A DNA stretch of 64,000 nucleotides from Paraphysomonas bandaiensis (lineage: Eukaryota; Protista; Chrysophyceae), in the NCBI GenBank assembly GCA_965644295.1, contig CBFFRP010000268.1, forward strand, positions 51,391 to 115,390. Reading direction: 5' to 3'. The notes beneath the pieces are model-generated. The model was not told where the DNA came from, made no database searches, and worked only from the letters and a program-made list of their open reading frames with translations. This document shows, piece after piece, positions 50,478-64,000 of this stretch. A program made the translations under genes and the position numbers. Numbering within the stretch: the stretch's first letter is position 1; every line of letters begins with the position of its first letter.

Positions 50478-51245
50478 ATGTACAGATACTCTACACTGAC
50501 TAAACTTGGATTCACATACCATAAATTAGTAGTGTCTAGAACCATGACAACTGTTCCTAGAAGAAATAACAAGCGCAAATCTATTAAATTAACAGCAGAG
50601 GAGAGCTCTGAACCTAACAAGAAACCTACACAGCAATCACCATATCGCTGTGGTTGGGTTGGTTCCGATCCATTGATGATCAAGTATCATGATGAAGAAT
50701 GGGGTGTCCCTAGCTACGATGGTATCCATAGCTTTCACTTTAAACTTTTGGTTAATAGTAATGCAGATCGATATTTATTTGAAATGCTTATCCTAGAAGG
50801 CGCACAAGCTGGACTCAGCTGGAAGACAATCTTAAACAAACGTGAGAATTATCGTGAGGCATTTGACAATTTCGATATTGACGTCATAGCTCATTACGAT
50901 GCAAAAAAGGTTGAAGAATTGTTGAGCAACCCAGGTATAGTAAGAAATAAGCTCAAAGTGAACGCTACTATCAAGAATGCACAAGCAGCACAAGAGATCA
51001 TAAAAGAATTTGGAAGCTTGTCTAATTACTTTTGGGGTTTTGTAAATAATACTCCGATAGATAACAATGGGATCACACACCACTCACAGATTCCTATAAC
51101 AACTCCCGTCAGTGATACACTAAGCAAAGATTTGAAGAAGCGAGGCTTTAAGTTCACTGGCAGTACAATTATATATGCCTTTATGCAAGCTGTTGGTATG
51201 ACTAATGATCACGAAGTGGAATGCATTCAGCGATCCGCAAAATAG
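50478..51245 (+). CDS. tag: DNA-3-methyladenine glycosylase I (Tag family) with N-terminal extension; in-frame intron 50722-50766
   Basis: RCGW...YHDEEWG, LFEMLILEGAQAGLSW.TILNKRENYREAF, GIVRNKLKV, SKDLKKRGFKF.G.T..YAFMQAVGM.NDH. Confidence 0.93.
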   Translation: MYRYSTLTKLGFTYHKLVVSRTMTTVPRRNNKRKSIKLTAEESSEPNKKPTQQSPYRCGWVGSDPLMIKYHDEEWGVPSYDGIHSFHFKLLVNSNADRYLFEMLILEGAQAGLSWKTILNKRENYREAFDNFDIDVIAHYDAKKVEELLSNPGIVRNKLKVNATIKNAQAAQEIIKEFGSLSNYFWGFVNNTPIDNNGITHHSQIPITTPVSDTLSKDLKKRGFKFTGSTIIYAFMQAVGMTNDHEVECIQRSAK

Positions 51246-52018
51246 ATGCAGTTCGAGTTAGTGTACTGCTTATAAGTCTATTCATTCCACATTGTGCTCA
51301 ATTTCGGTAGAATACTAAAGCAAATAGAATTTGTCGTCTATTTATAAGGATTGTCATTTACTAATATGATGTAATTTTTCTATTTAATATGTATAATAAT
51401 ATTTAATTCTAAGGTGTTACACTTATGAACTTATGAAGTTGTAGTTCAACGTATAGCAGGGCGCCGCTATTCAGCTACTTACTAGTATATAGTACAAACT
51501 ATGGTACCAGCATATATACCACCTCTCACAATTAATAGAGAATATATACACTGTTTATTCTATCATAAAAAGTTTGACATTTTATGGGAAGTGTTAACTT
51601 AACAACTGAAGGTAAATTTTAAACTGACGTGTTATCTCATATCATTCAACAATTTCACGTTAATGTGATAATGCTTACTTTTCGTAATCACTGCAGGCTA
51701 TGGTTTGCTTACGTGTTCATGTTGACAGTAACAACTATATTTATGTTGCTGTGTTTGAACGCAACTATATGTATGATCGGTTGGTACTATACACATACTT
51801 TCAAAAGCCATGTTATCTGATACGTATAACTACGAAGTATAATGTCTGATATATGTGAATGACTCGGTGTCATACAGTGTTAATTTATCCTACAATTTAT
51901 AGAAAAAATGAAATTAAGATAATCTTTAAATATATATTGATTATGCTATTATCGCAATCATCATCATAGCACGGTAAAGGACTGCTACAGTTTCAATGCT
52001 GCATCATTCCAACAGTTC

Positions 52019-52462
52019 TTATTTCTTATTAACAGTAATTGGAATTTTTGTAGCAGGAGGTGTTGGCTCCAGCTTTGGGAAAGTTACGGTTAGTACCCCA
52101 TTCTCAAATGTGGCTGAGGAATTGTTCTTATCCGCCGTTGGAGGAAGTCGGATAACTCTTGTCACACTGCCATACGTTCTCTCCACTCTGTGAGATGTGC
52201 TATTCTCGACATCGTAATTTCTTTCCCTGTGTCCTTTGATAATCATGCTGTTCCCCTCAATGCTAATATCCAGGTCATTTTCCTGGACACCGGGCAGATC
52301 TGCATGCACATGAAAGTCATTCTCGCTCTCAATGAGGTCAACGCGCAAGATAGGAGCAAGAGACTTGTTTCCTTCATCATGGTCCTTAAACAGAACCAAA
52401 TCTCTCTCAGGAGACCAAGGAAGAGGATGGAAAAAGTCGTGATAAAAGTGTTGAAGAGACAT
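52019..52462 (-). CDS. Small heat-shock protein (HSP20, alpha-crystallin domain)
   Basis: VDLIESENDFHVHADLPGV, HRVERTYGSVTRVIRLP, ATFENGVLTVTFPK and a C-terminal I-P-I motif. Confidence 0.95.
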   Translation of the reverse strand: MSLQHFYHDFFHPLPWSPERDLVLFKDHDEGNKSLAPILRVDLIESENDFHVHADLPGVQENDLDISIEGNSMIIKGHRERNYDVENSTSHRVERTYGSVTRVIRLPPTADKNNSSATFENGVLTVTFPKLEPTPPATKIPITVNKK

Positions 52463-53006
52463 GTCTGTATTAATGTAGTTTAGTTATTAGTAGTTTCTAA
52501 TTTATTGTAGTAACAATATTTATGACAGCACTGGAGATGCAAATAACTAAACATCAATAACTTGAAGATATAATTCAACTCTATCTTCAATATTCGAGAT
52601 GTATATCACTGTACATAACATTCCATTACACATCAAGATTGAAATGGGACACTTCAAGATATGTGTTACTTCAACAAGCAAGATCAACATGCATACACAC
52701 CCCTCTGCATCAACAGCCACCACATCGAGAGTATACTGCCGTATACAGTGAACTGTATTTCACACCCAATTATACAAACATTTGAGAAGAAGTATACGCA
52801 GGTATACGGTACTGTATTTGATGCATATGTATGAACTGTTGTGTCATATGTTGGTAGACTGTTCCATATGATCTCTGCACCACATGTGAGGTGGACGGTA
52901 TGTGGACATGTAGATACAGTAAGAAAGAATTCTGGAAGCGTTAAGAAACCATTCCGTCAACATCTTGCAATGAAGGTGAGTTGCAATAAGAAATTGTGTG
53001 TGTGCT

Positions 53007-54169
53007 ATGATGAACATATTGCTAGTAGGTATCCTCTGCATACTGTCCGCAACTACCAGTCTCATCTACGGGTTAACATCAGTGGGAAATGGTCTGCTGT
53101 TTCAAATTGCATGGCAGTTGTTTGGAAGTATAAACGGCAGCTTGTGTGACGGTAGCACAAGCACTGCTGCATTTTATTTAACTCTAGGGTCTCCAATATA
53201 TTACCCTCTACAGTGTTGGAACCTGCGACAACATGTTGATTGGAAATTAGCCACACATATATCCGTTCCTCAGATATTTGGATTGGTATGCGGCGCACTA
53301 GTTCTTAATGTCTGGTCTTCTGTATGGTTAGCAAGGTGTCTTGGATATGTTATTCTTTTCGCTGTGTTGCAGAAGCTATACAACGATACATATTGCAACC
53401 GAAATAACGTCCAGACTGTGACTAAGTATGAATTCAGTGATTGGAAGTCATACATGATTGTCTGGATTGCTGGAATTATATCTGGGTTTCTTGGAGGTAA
53501 AAAGGCAATATCAATGTATTAGTATCATTTTCTCATATTGTCGTATTCATAGGCCTCTATTGCACTGGGGGACCTCCACTTATTCTGTTTGTGGCGTATG
53601 CGAACATTGAAAAGAACGTTGCCCGGAGCACTCTAGCTTGTAGTTTCTTAGTTCTCTCAGCTGGCAGATTTATCTTTGTTTTGCTTACTCCTTTGGACGC
53701 AAGTATGGATCTCACTTTTACGGAGCTAGTGTTTCTCAGCTGCATGCTGAGCGTTAGCTCTGTCGGCGGTGTAATTGTTGGAAGCTCTCTCTCAAAGTAC
53801 ATAAACCAACGTGTGTTCGATTTAGTAATATTTTTGATTCTTTCATGGGGCGCTTCTCTTCTAGCAACCTACAACTACAGTGCTATGACTAAATACACTA
53901 CACTGGGAGTTGTTATGGCTTTTCTTGGGGTGTTGAAGATCTCAGCTTCTTATTTTGCACGGCTGTCTGATAAGCGTGTACAATTAGATTTTGTCCCAAA
54001 TGTGGACCTAAAAATGAACGAAATTAATTTCATATCAGAAGTATTTTCACCACTTGGGAGTGGTGCTACAGATGTGGAGCAGGCCACAGAAGTGCCGTAT
54101 ATAGTTTCCGTTAATCCAAGTCATCGCGATAACAATGGACCCATTGTTGGTCCTGAATTTCAAGCCTAA
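53007..54169 (+). CDS. Sulfite exporter TauE/SafE-family membrane protein; 2 exons (intron ~53497-53552)
   Basis: IYGLTSVGNGLL, VDWKLA, and AGIISGFLGG spliced to LYCTGGPPLILF; multiple TM segments. Confidence 0.8.
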
Positions 54170-54617
54170 GTCTTCCACTGGAAGTGAAGGGGTACTAGAA
54201 TAGTATAAAAGTGGCCGTAAAATAGATTCTGCATAGTTTGTGCAGTATGAATGAATGTTCTACAATTATATTACGATACATTTCTAATGTGAACTTATAG
54301 AGATCAAACTAAACTACTTTTGGAGGTGTTTGCATAATGAATAGCCCTTCATGATGTGAACAGGATTAATATTAATAACGATAATTTATCTTATACCCTT
54401 TTATCTAAACTTTAGGTCACACAATATGTGATTTACTGTAGATATAGAGATGATGGCAGAGACAGATATTGGAAAGCCTATTACTATATATGATATATAG
54501 TCCAGGAACTCACTCCCGCTTCACGAATTCAGTTAGTCAGCATTATTATCCAGAAATAGAGATTAAATAAAAGTTCTGATAGCTATATGGCAGTTGCTTG
54601 AAAATAACATAAATAGA

Positions 54618-56428
54618 CTACACAGGAACGAGTAACCTTTTCCGATAACTCGCTGAGAATAGCGGTATAATAGACTTTAAAAAGCGACTTATATATCGAC
54701 CATGGTTACCAGGTAAACTACGTCTGAATGACGCGTGTCTGCTTATATTTTGGAGTCGAGTCATAAGTTTCATACTGCAATGTTGGGCGTTATGCTTTCG
54801 ATATCGACTACTATTTCTATTCTTGGATAGGGGCAGATGTTCGCCAAATATGCTACCCGACTCAGCAGAAGGTATCTTGTAGTGCAACACTACGCCCCGG
54901 CGTAAATCGACAACATAAGGACTTCGATTCCAGCTGCCAGACACACGCGGCTCAAGCATTGTCAAATAATGTGTATAAAACATTCCGACAGCTTCTGAAC
55001 GCATGATTAGTTTTCCCTCGTAATCAGGTCCCACTTTTCCTCGGCTACCCCATGACATTACCCGTGGGGAGCGAATATCATACGCAGATGTGTGTGTCTT
55101 GTTTAGAGTAGTAGCCGGGAGTGATAAGGCAGATCGACAATCTGTCACAAATAACGGTAAGAAATAGACTGCACTGAGAGATGGCCTGGTACGAGCTATT
55201 TCGTCCACAAGATCGTGAAGCGTTTCCACGCGCGAGCCACTATATGTCATGGAAAGATCGAAAGCCTACGATTGCAGAGACAAATTGGGATCATATGTTG
55301 CTAATGGTTTAGTGTATATGCATATTTTGCTAGTATTCATAGATATCTTTATTACCAGAAATTCATCATCATCCACATGTGCCATCCACTGACTTGTGCT
55401 TTTATATCTAGAATAGCACGACGCGAGTGCAGCGGTCTGGGAAATCGCCCGCGGGGGATTGAAATAACTGTAATAAAGATTTTTACATTGTAAACTATAT
55501 ATGATAACATAAACACTTGCTTCAATTCGTTTGTAACAGGATCTTTGTATCCCACCCAGCGTCCACTTGCCATTCCTTCAACGCAATTCTTATATGCCCA
55601 ACGTACTACAGTCACAATATGTTCATCAATATAATCTGACAAGACGCTACTTAAAAGTGTAGTAGTAGGAGTGTCATTGGGTGAAGTATCATAAAGAAAA
55701 AAGTGTTCTACTCCGAGAGCAATGTGAAACTCCAACCATTCAACAAGCTCTTCCCGTGACGCTCGGGCTGTTGCAGTACAAATAGAAAGCTTATACATAT
55801 ACGACGCTGACCGGTTTAGAAATAAGCGTTCCGTATGTGGCAGTGGTGGAGAGGATATTTTACTAGGGTTCCAATCACGTAGATCACATACAGGAAATTC
55901 GACAGTGGCGTATTCGTTGTATTTACACACAGCGTCAGGAAAGCATCTGTGCAACTTGATCATATCCCAACCCTCAATTGTTTTTCCTTGTTTAGTAGGC
56001 ACAGGACACCTCACTTGGTAAGTAGAAATATCAACTTGATTGAACCCTTTCACGGGGAAAGATGTTGACTCGCCTACTATGTGCTTATCACTAGAGTTGA
56101 TAAATACACAGTGCATCGATTGTCCCAGTATATCTGCCCCGTCAAATTTCCCTCTGGATACATAATTATACATGTCATCGGCATAAACTAATATATTGCT
56201 AGTATTTCCATAGGCAAGCTGTGACTGATATTCTGGAAATAACTGCAAAAGCTTCTGCCATACGTTTAATTTAAACTTACAGGCATTTCTGGACACCGCT
56301 GTGGCCTCCACAACATTACTAGAAGACAGATGTGCATCCCATATCCATGGGATATGATGAAGGGGTGGTTCAGTAGGAAAAGTTATGTTGTTTTGATAAA
56401 TACAGAAAGCTCCATTGAGTTCATTGCT
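54618..56428 (-). CDS. Glycosyltransferase family 92 (DUF23)-like protein; multi-exon, 5' end unresolved
   Basis: LSICTA...LVEWLEFHIALGVEHFFLYD and, after splicing, WMAHVDDDEFL; VVLHYK near the C-terminus. The frame is open up to a likely acceptor at 56429. The start exon was not found. Confidence 0.72.
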
Positions 56429-57036
56429 CTATGTGTTCAGTATGACAGCAGATAACACTGTGTAGAGTGTATATGTAGAGGATATAAGCATCATGGGCAG
56501 ATATTACTATGAGGGTAATATGTGACCATGATGCGATGATAGAGATTAGCTTGATTAGAGATATGAAAGTGACCCAGTTGTAATGATGTTAAGGAGATAG
56601 TAGCGTATATATGATCATCCAGTGCTTATGATGGACACTCCTGCTGTACATGTAATAGACCATAGATCTAAAAACCAAAGATTTTAGAGGTTCAGTGTTC
56701 CAGAAAATAGATTTCTTACAATGGTCTGTACACATTTTCAGCAGTTTTAACGAACTCCACAGCAAAAAGTATACTTTTCCTCCTATCTTTTCCACATTTT
56801 TCGACAGCAATACTAGAGATACTGTTGTATGTATAGAAAGTACTGTATAGCTTCTAGAAGAGGAAAAACAGGCCAAAATTGACTTCTATTTTTCTATACG
56901 ATCCAATACATACATAACTCTACCATACAATCTAGCAGCAGTAGGTGATAATATCAGTAGAAACATCATCCAACACTGTCATTATCTTAGTGATCTTAAT
57001 ACTTACATTAACTTACATAGAAAACAAAGTAAAATC

Positions 57037-58595
57037 ATGTCAGAATTTAATACTGATGGATATGTGGATATTAGTGGTGATGGGGGTCTTCTTAAGAAGA
57101 TATTAACAGAGGGATCAGGTGATAGTCCTCAGCCAGGAGATGAGGTGGTTGCACACTATACAGGGACTCTTGATAATGGAGATGAGTTCGATAGTTCACG
57201 TAAACGTGGTAGAGAGTTTAAGTTTACTATTGGACAAGGCAATGTAATTAAAGGATGGGATGTGGGGTTTGCTACTATGAAGAAAGGGGAAAGAGCGATG
57301 CTACGATGTCGTTCAGATTATGCATATGGAGATAGTGGACAAGGGAGTATTCCTGCTGGAGCTACTTTGAATTTTGATGCAGAGTTGATTAGTTTTGGTC
57401 CAAAGAAGAAGGAGAGGTGGGAAATGACTGAAGAGGAAAGAATTGCTGAAGCCACTGCAGATAAAGAAAAAGGTTCAGAAGCCTTTAAGGCAGGAAACTA
57501 TACGGAAGCCTTCCATCTGTATGCCCAGGCAGCTGAAATGCTGGAGGATGTTGATGAAGGTGAAGATTTATGGGTGACTTGTCAAGTCAACGCGTCGATG
57601 GTGAGTAGATGTGTGTCATCGACACATAAATGTGACTCATTATTTTACCTAGACACAACTTAAAGTCAATAACTACCCCAGTGCTGCTGAACGCGCCACC
57701 TTTGCGCTGAAAAAAGATCCAAATAACTTGAAAGCGCTGTATCGACGTGGGCTTGCCAGGAACCACATGGGACTTTGTGACGAAGCGCTCGATGATCTCA
57801 ACCGCGCCCTAAGCATCGACCCGGACAATAAGCCCGTAAAGGTTGAGATCGCAAAAGCCAAAAAAGCAATTGCAGCGGCCAAAAAGAAAGCAAAGGCTAC
57901 CTACGGTGGTATGTTCTCTAAGATATCTATGTATGATGATAAAGAGGTTCCTGCTGCTGCTGTGATCTCATCCGCATCGAACAAGAAGGTGAGTTTGGTG
58001 TGCTGATATTATTTACACCTAAGTGGTTGTATAGGCATTCTTTGACATCACGATTGGTGATGAACCTGCCGGAAGAATTGTAATGGAACTTTATAACAGC
58101 GTTACACCAAAGACGGCCGAGAACTTTTTGGCACTCTGTCGTGGTGATCGTGGAACTGCTTCTACTGGCCAGCCGCTTCATTACAAGGGCAGTACATTCC
58201 ACCGTGTAATTAGTGGATTCATGATTCAGGGTGGAGACTTTACACGTGGAGATGGTACCGGTGGAGAGTCTATCTATGGAGCCAAATTTGCCGACGAGAA
58301 TTTTACTGTAAAACATACCCAAGAAGGATTGTTGTCCATGGCCAACGCTGGACCAGGAACCAACGGCTCACAATTCTTCATCACAGCGGGCCCCACTCCT
58401 CACTTGGATGGAAAGCACGTTGTTTTCGGTCGTGTGATAGAAGGTATGGATGTCGTGCGGGCTATTGAAGATACGGAGACTGGGGAGAATGATAGACCAC
58501 TAAAGCCTTGCGTTATTGCTGATTGTGGTGAACTGCCGATGGAAGCCGATGGTGAAACTCCAGAACCTATGGAGGAGACAGCTGCGACTGCTTAA
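57037..58595 (+). CDS. Dual-family immunophilin FKBP-TPR-cyclophilin (FCBP); 3 exons
   Basis: FKBP ([30 protein letters not shown]); TPR ([18 protein letters not shown]); cyclophilin ([54 protein letters not shown]). Frames are joined by GT-AG introns. Confidence 0.93.
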
Positions 58596-59110
58596 GAGCA
58601 ACTGTTGTCCGTATGCTCTTAATTTAGCGCTTTGCTTGTCGCAATTTAACGTAAATAATAACTTTATATATACGTCGTAACAGTGGCAGAATCTAGAGTG
58701 TAGGGGGTAATTCGAAGTTTTACGATAATTACAACATCAATCGTATATAAAATGCTTTAGATATACGTATATACGAATGCAACCAGTTTGAAGAAATTCC
58801 GTTAGAAAGTAGAATGAAGATATTAACTCGTTAGCATCAATACGTGTGGAAATCGCTTGTTCAATGTTCAATATAAAATTATGACACATTCATGGAGCGG
58901 TTATCCATATCCTAGCTATATCCTGTATGACACGAAATATAACTGTATTCTTTTGGATATTTATTTAGAATCTTTTAATAAGAACCTAGTTTTGATAGCT
59001 AATCACAGTATTAAAGATGCAAATCACGTTATTGTTATTACTTAGTAGACAATATGCGTAAGCACTTTTAGGAGTACTCAAATAATGGATTTTCATAATA
59101 TCATAGCACC

Positions 59111-61079
59111 TTATCCATGGTGACTATTTATGCTATTCTTCGGAAACATAGAAATATTACTCACAGAATTTATCGCGGAGCTGCTTTCTTTATCAACTAC
59201 AATTTCTTTCATGGACGACACAACGGTAAAACGAGTTTCCGCGAGTGCAACAAACTCGTCATTTCGTAAGAGAATCGCTTTGTACTCTCCAACTGTAGGT
59301 AGTTGCTTTGAGAACACTTTCGAGTCCTTCAGAGAAACTCTAAATTTCCCACTAAATTTTGCCCCAGTGTAAAAATTTCCTATGATACAAATATAACGCG
59401 ACAAAGGAATAATCATACAAATACTAACCAATGAAGCCCCCAAGATCAACATTCGAGGCCTCATATATGGCCACCCAGTCCATTCTATTCCCTGGGGTAT
59501 GTTCCCAGCATAGAATAACCTCCCCGTTTAGAGGAACGACCGGGGTATGCACCCATAATCTGGGAACTACATGGGGAGCTACAACCGCAAATACAACTCT
59601 GGCAAGTTCTTCGCCCTCGCCTTCTGACTTAGAGGAGAGGAGAACTGCTTCGTATTCACCAGGTGATAGAGTGTACGACCCAAACCGAATTTTTCGTCTG
59701 TACGAAAGTTTTTCATTGTATAGGCCAGTGATGGCCTCACTCGCCGGTCGGTCTGCATATATGTGATATCAGTATTTAAGTATGAGGAAATGGAAAACAC
59801 TCACGCGCAAGGACAAGAACCACACTCCATGAGTCACCTACTGGTACACTGAGGTATACGTTGATATCCTCACCAATCATTACTCGGCGACGAGTTACAG
59901 CGATCATTGGTACGGCCTCTATTGGGGTTAATCTAACAGTGGCAACAACAGCACTGTGGTCTGAGGGCCAAGTATAGGGCGTGTCACTCTTGAGGTGGTC
60001 GTCAATGCGAGCATTGTCACTTGAGATAGATGGTAGGTCATCTACAACTTCGCAAGATACAACCTCTATACAAGGAGTCGTCCATATAAAATCAATGCGG
60101 TCCATGAGCTCATTGGTCACTGGTACTGGCGCCGGTTGTCCTGGAGTATGTGTGATTCCAGGCAAGGCTGTTGGAGATGGATTCACCAGACGATATGAAT
60201 CTTGCAAGCCTGCATCTTCCATTTTCTTTGTTATCGGCCATTCAATTGGAAACTGAATCTGCGGCTGACTTCCAACTGTTTCCGGTGTATAATCTAAATG
60301 ACTTGGAGTATTGAAGTCCCCGGTTACAAATAAGGGAATATTTTCGCTGGATGATTAGATAAGTATTGTACTTTCATCCACTGAGAAATATTGGGAATAA
60401 CTTACCGTACAAGAGGCTCCAGGCCACTTACAAGAGCATTCACATCATCCCCACGAATTTCTTCTTCCAACTTCACAATTTCGTCTGCAGTTTTTCCGGC
60501 TACTACAAAGTCTGGACCATAAGGGTCACTAGGTAGGTGTGTGTTAGAAAATGCTATCATACGATCAGGTTTGACAAGAACCCACGCATGAATACAATCA
60601 GGATCCAACCCACTAATACTGTACTCCCCTGATCCATGAGCCGTGCGCATACCACGTCCAGAGTTGAACAATGGAAAACGAGATATGATGTACCTACGAT
60701 CATCCACATACGGCATGCCTGCAAGTTCTGCAATGGCATACAAATTAGCATCCGGCTCTTGAATGCCCACAATATCAGCACCACATTCGACAATAGCTCT
60801 GGCTGTATCCTCAATATTGACCTGATCACCTGTAAATCATGACTGTATTACAGTATATCCATAGATCCATATGAGATCCTCACCTCCATACCATACATTA
60901 AATGTCATTATCCTCAATTGCATTGTAGCCTCTGGATCATATTCATCTCTCTCATTCAGTGTATCTGTCGTATGTCTCTGTGTATCTGTAGATGTCCTTG
61001 ATCTAACTCTCTTATTGTCTACTGACACAAAGAACGATTGTATCACCTCATACCAATTTTTATTTCCTTCACTTTCCAT
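59111..61079 (-). CDS. Endonuclease/exonuclease/phosphatase (EEP) family hydrolase with C-terminal beta-sandwich repeats; multi-exon
   Basis: LRIMTFNVWYGG, DIVGIQEP, SNTHL...PYGP, VTGDFNTPSHLD, LQDSYR, DRIDFIW and WPSDHSAV; tail with DWVAIY...GNFYTGA. Confidence 0.85.
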
Positions 61080-61220
61080 TTAGATTGATGTATAGTGATT
61101 TGATGTGTTAAATCTATGTGTTATGGTATGTATGTATGTACCTGGATAGAACACATCCTCCTATGTGCGCACCATATCATACCATATGTTTCTATAGATC
61201 CATATGATGCATGTACTTAG

Positions 61221-63093
<1,873 letters not shown>

Positions 63094-63840
63094 CCAATAA
63101 TAGATCTTATTAATTAATAGTGACTATGATTGATTTACTTCAAGAGATTGGACGGAGGCATCAGAGGCTCAAAGAGGTCAGTGTGTGTGTGTGTCAGTCT
63201 GTCTGTTAATGCGGTAGTCAACTACTATCAATATAGAAAATACACAGCACACGTATTCCTCTCTCACCAGCAGGACAAAAATTTATGGGTACGTGTATTA
63301 GGACATATAATGTGTCCTTATTACAGTATCTGTTACAGGATTCGTATATTTTTGTATACCAGTGTTGATTGGGGGCTGCTTATGGAACTGGCAGAGTAGT
63401 ATTTCCGAAAGAAATCTTCAGGAACGCCTTCAACAACAGAATGTAGATGTATATCCCGGAACTCAGGAACAAAACAAAGCATTTCAAAAAGTCTTGGACA
63501 AAACTCAACCTAAATAAACACACTCTTCCTCACATAGCCATAGATTTAATTGAAAATAGTTTTCATGTACCAATAGATATATGATTTAATAATAGTAATA
63601 ATGATACTCGTATTCAAATTTAAATATGGTTTTTACTTCGACTTTGTACCTAGCTTGTATCATTATATTATGTTTTCTTAGTATTGGCATTGTTCCAATA
63701 TGTTCCAATAGATCTACAAGCACAAGAATTCTGGTGCAAACACATACTATAACTGAACACAGAATGGTCTATTTAGTTAAAGTAGTAATTGTGTATGTTG
63801 AGTTGTAGTAAAAGTAGAGTGGAGTAACTAGAAGTGAATG

Positions 63841-63985
63841 TCTTATTATAAGTAATAGGCATTTAAGAGTCAGCATTTAACTCTGATATCCTACTAATTA
63901 ACGCTACAAAAGCTACCAAGGTGTAGCCAATTCAACTCAATATTCCGGAAGCCGTTGAGGTGGACCTATCCCGGATGCCTGTTTA
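63841..63985 (-). repeat. Dispersed repeat family, copy C (internally deleted)
   Basis: TCTTATTAT...AAGAGTCAG...CTCTGATATCCTACTA matches 48088-48165. TTGAGGTGGACCTATCCCGGATGCCTGTTTA matches the reverse complement of 7205-7236. Confidence 0.8.
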
Positions 63986-64000
63986 GCAATACGTAACTGG

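Noticed and set aside
945-60842. Numerous short antisense or overlapping ORFs in the ORF track
   Set aside because: They are shadows of real genes or low-complexity TACA/CATA promoter tracts, with no domain signal.
27832-61079. DNA-repair 'cluster' (SRAP, Tag, EEP)
   Set aside because: The genes are spread over >30 kb among unrelated housekeeping genes, and the EEP substrate is unknown. Chance is sufficient.

Overview
Gene-dense eukaryotic nuclear DNA, AT-rich, with short (~45-70 bp) GT-AG introns. It is most consistent with a plastid-bearing, flagellated stramenopile (ochrophyte/chrysophyte-like). This is inferred from a bipartite-targeted adenylate kinase, a p25-alpha/IQ protein and an FKBP-TPR-cyclophilin gene. 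About 23 protein-coding genes are supported: SEL1L3-like, ShKT-GPx, HAT1, B-box/IQ/WW, two glycosyltransferase-like genes, MHYT, PH-CAMK-EF kinase, MFS, p25-alpha, SRAP/HMCES, TRAF, HET-Galpha fusion, RRP36, syntaxin-6, adenylate kinase, USO1/p115, an unknown membrane protein, Tag glycosylase, HSP20, TauE, FCBP and an EEP hydrolase. The standout is a predicted myristoylated protein that fuses a HET (TIR-related) domain to a complete but catalytically degenerate G-alpha fold, directly downstream of a TRAF-type gene; this is a candidate innate-immune/cell-death module. Non-coding highlights: (1) a Mutator-like MITE whose 9-bp TSD is confirmed by an empty paralogous site in the same window; (2) a telomere-like insert bracketed by an 18-bp direct repeat; (3) an orientation-specific promoter motif, CAGCAGTA; (4) a 1.65-kb symmetric (CATA)n-(CGTG)n-(CATA)n alternating purine-pyrimidine array that may be a giant intron. 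Domain calls come from motif recognition by eye, with no database searches, and exon boundaries are manual.
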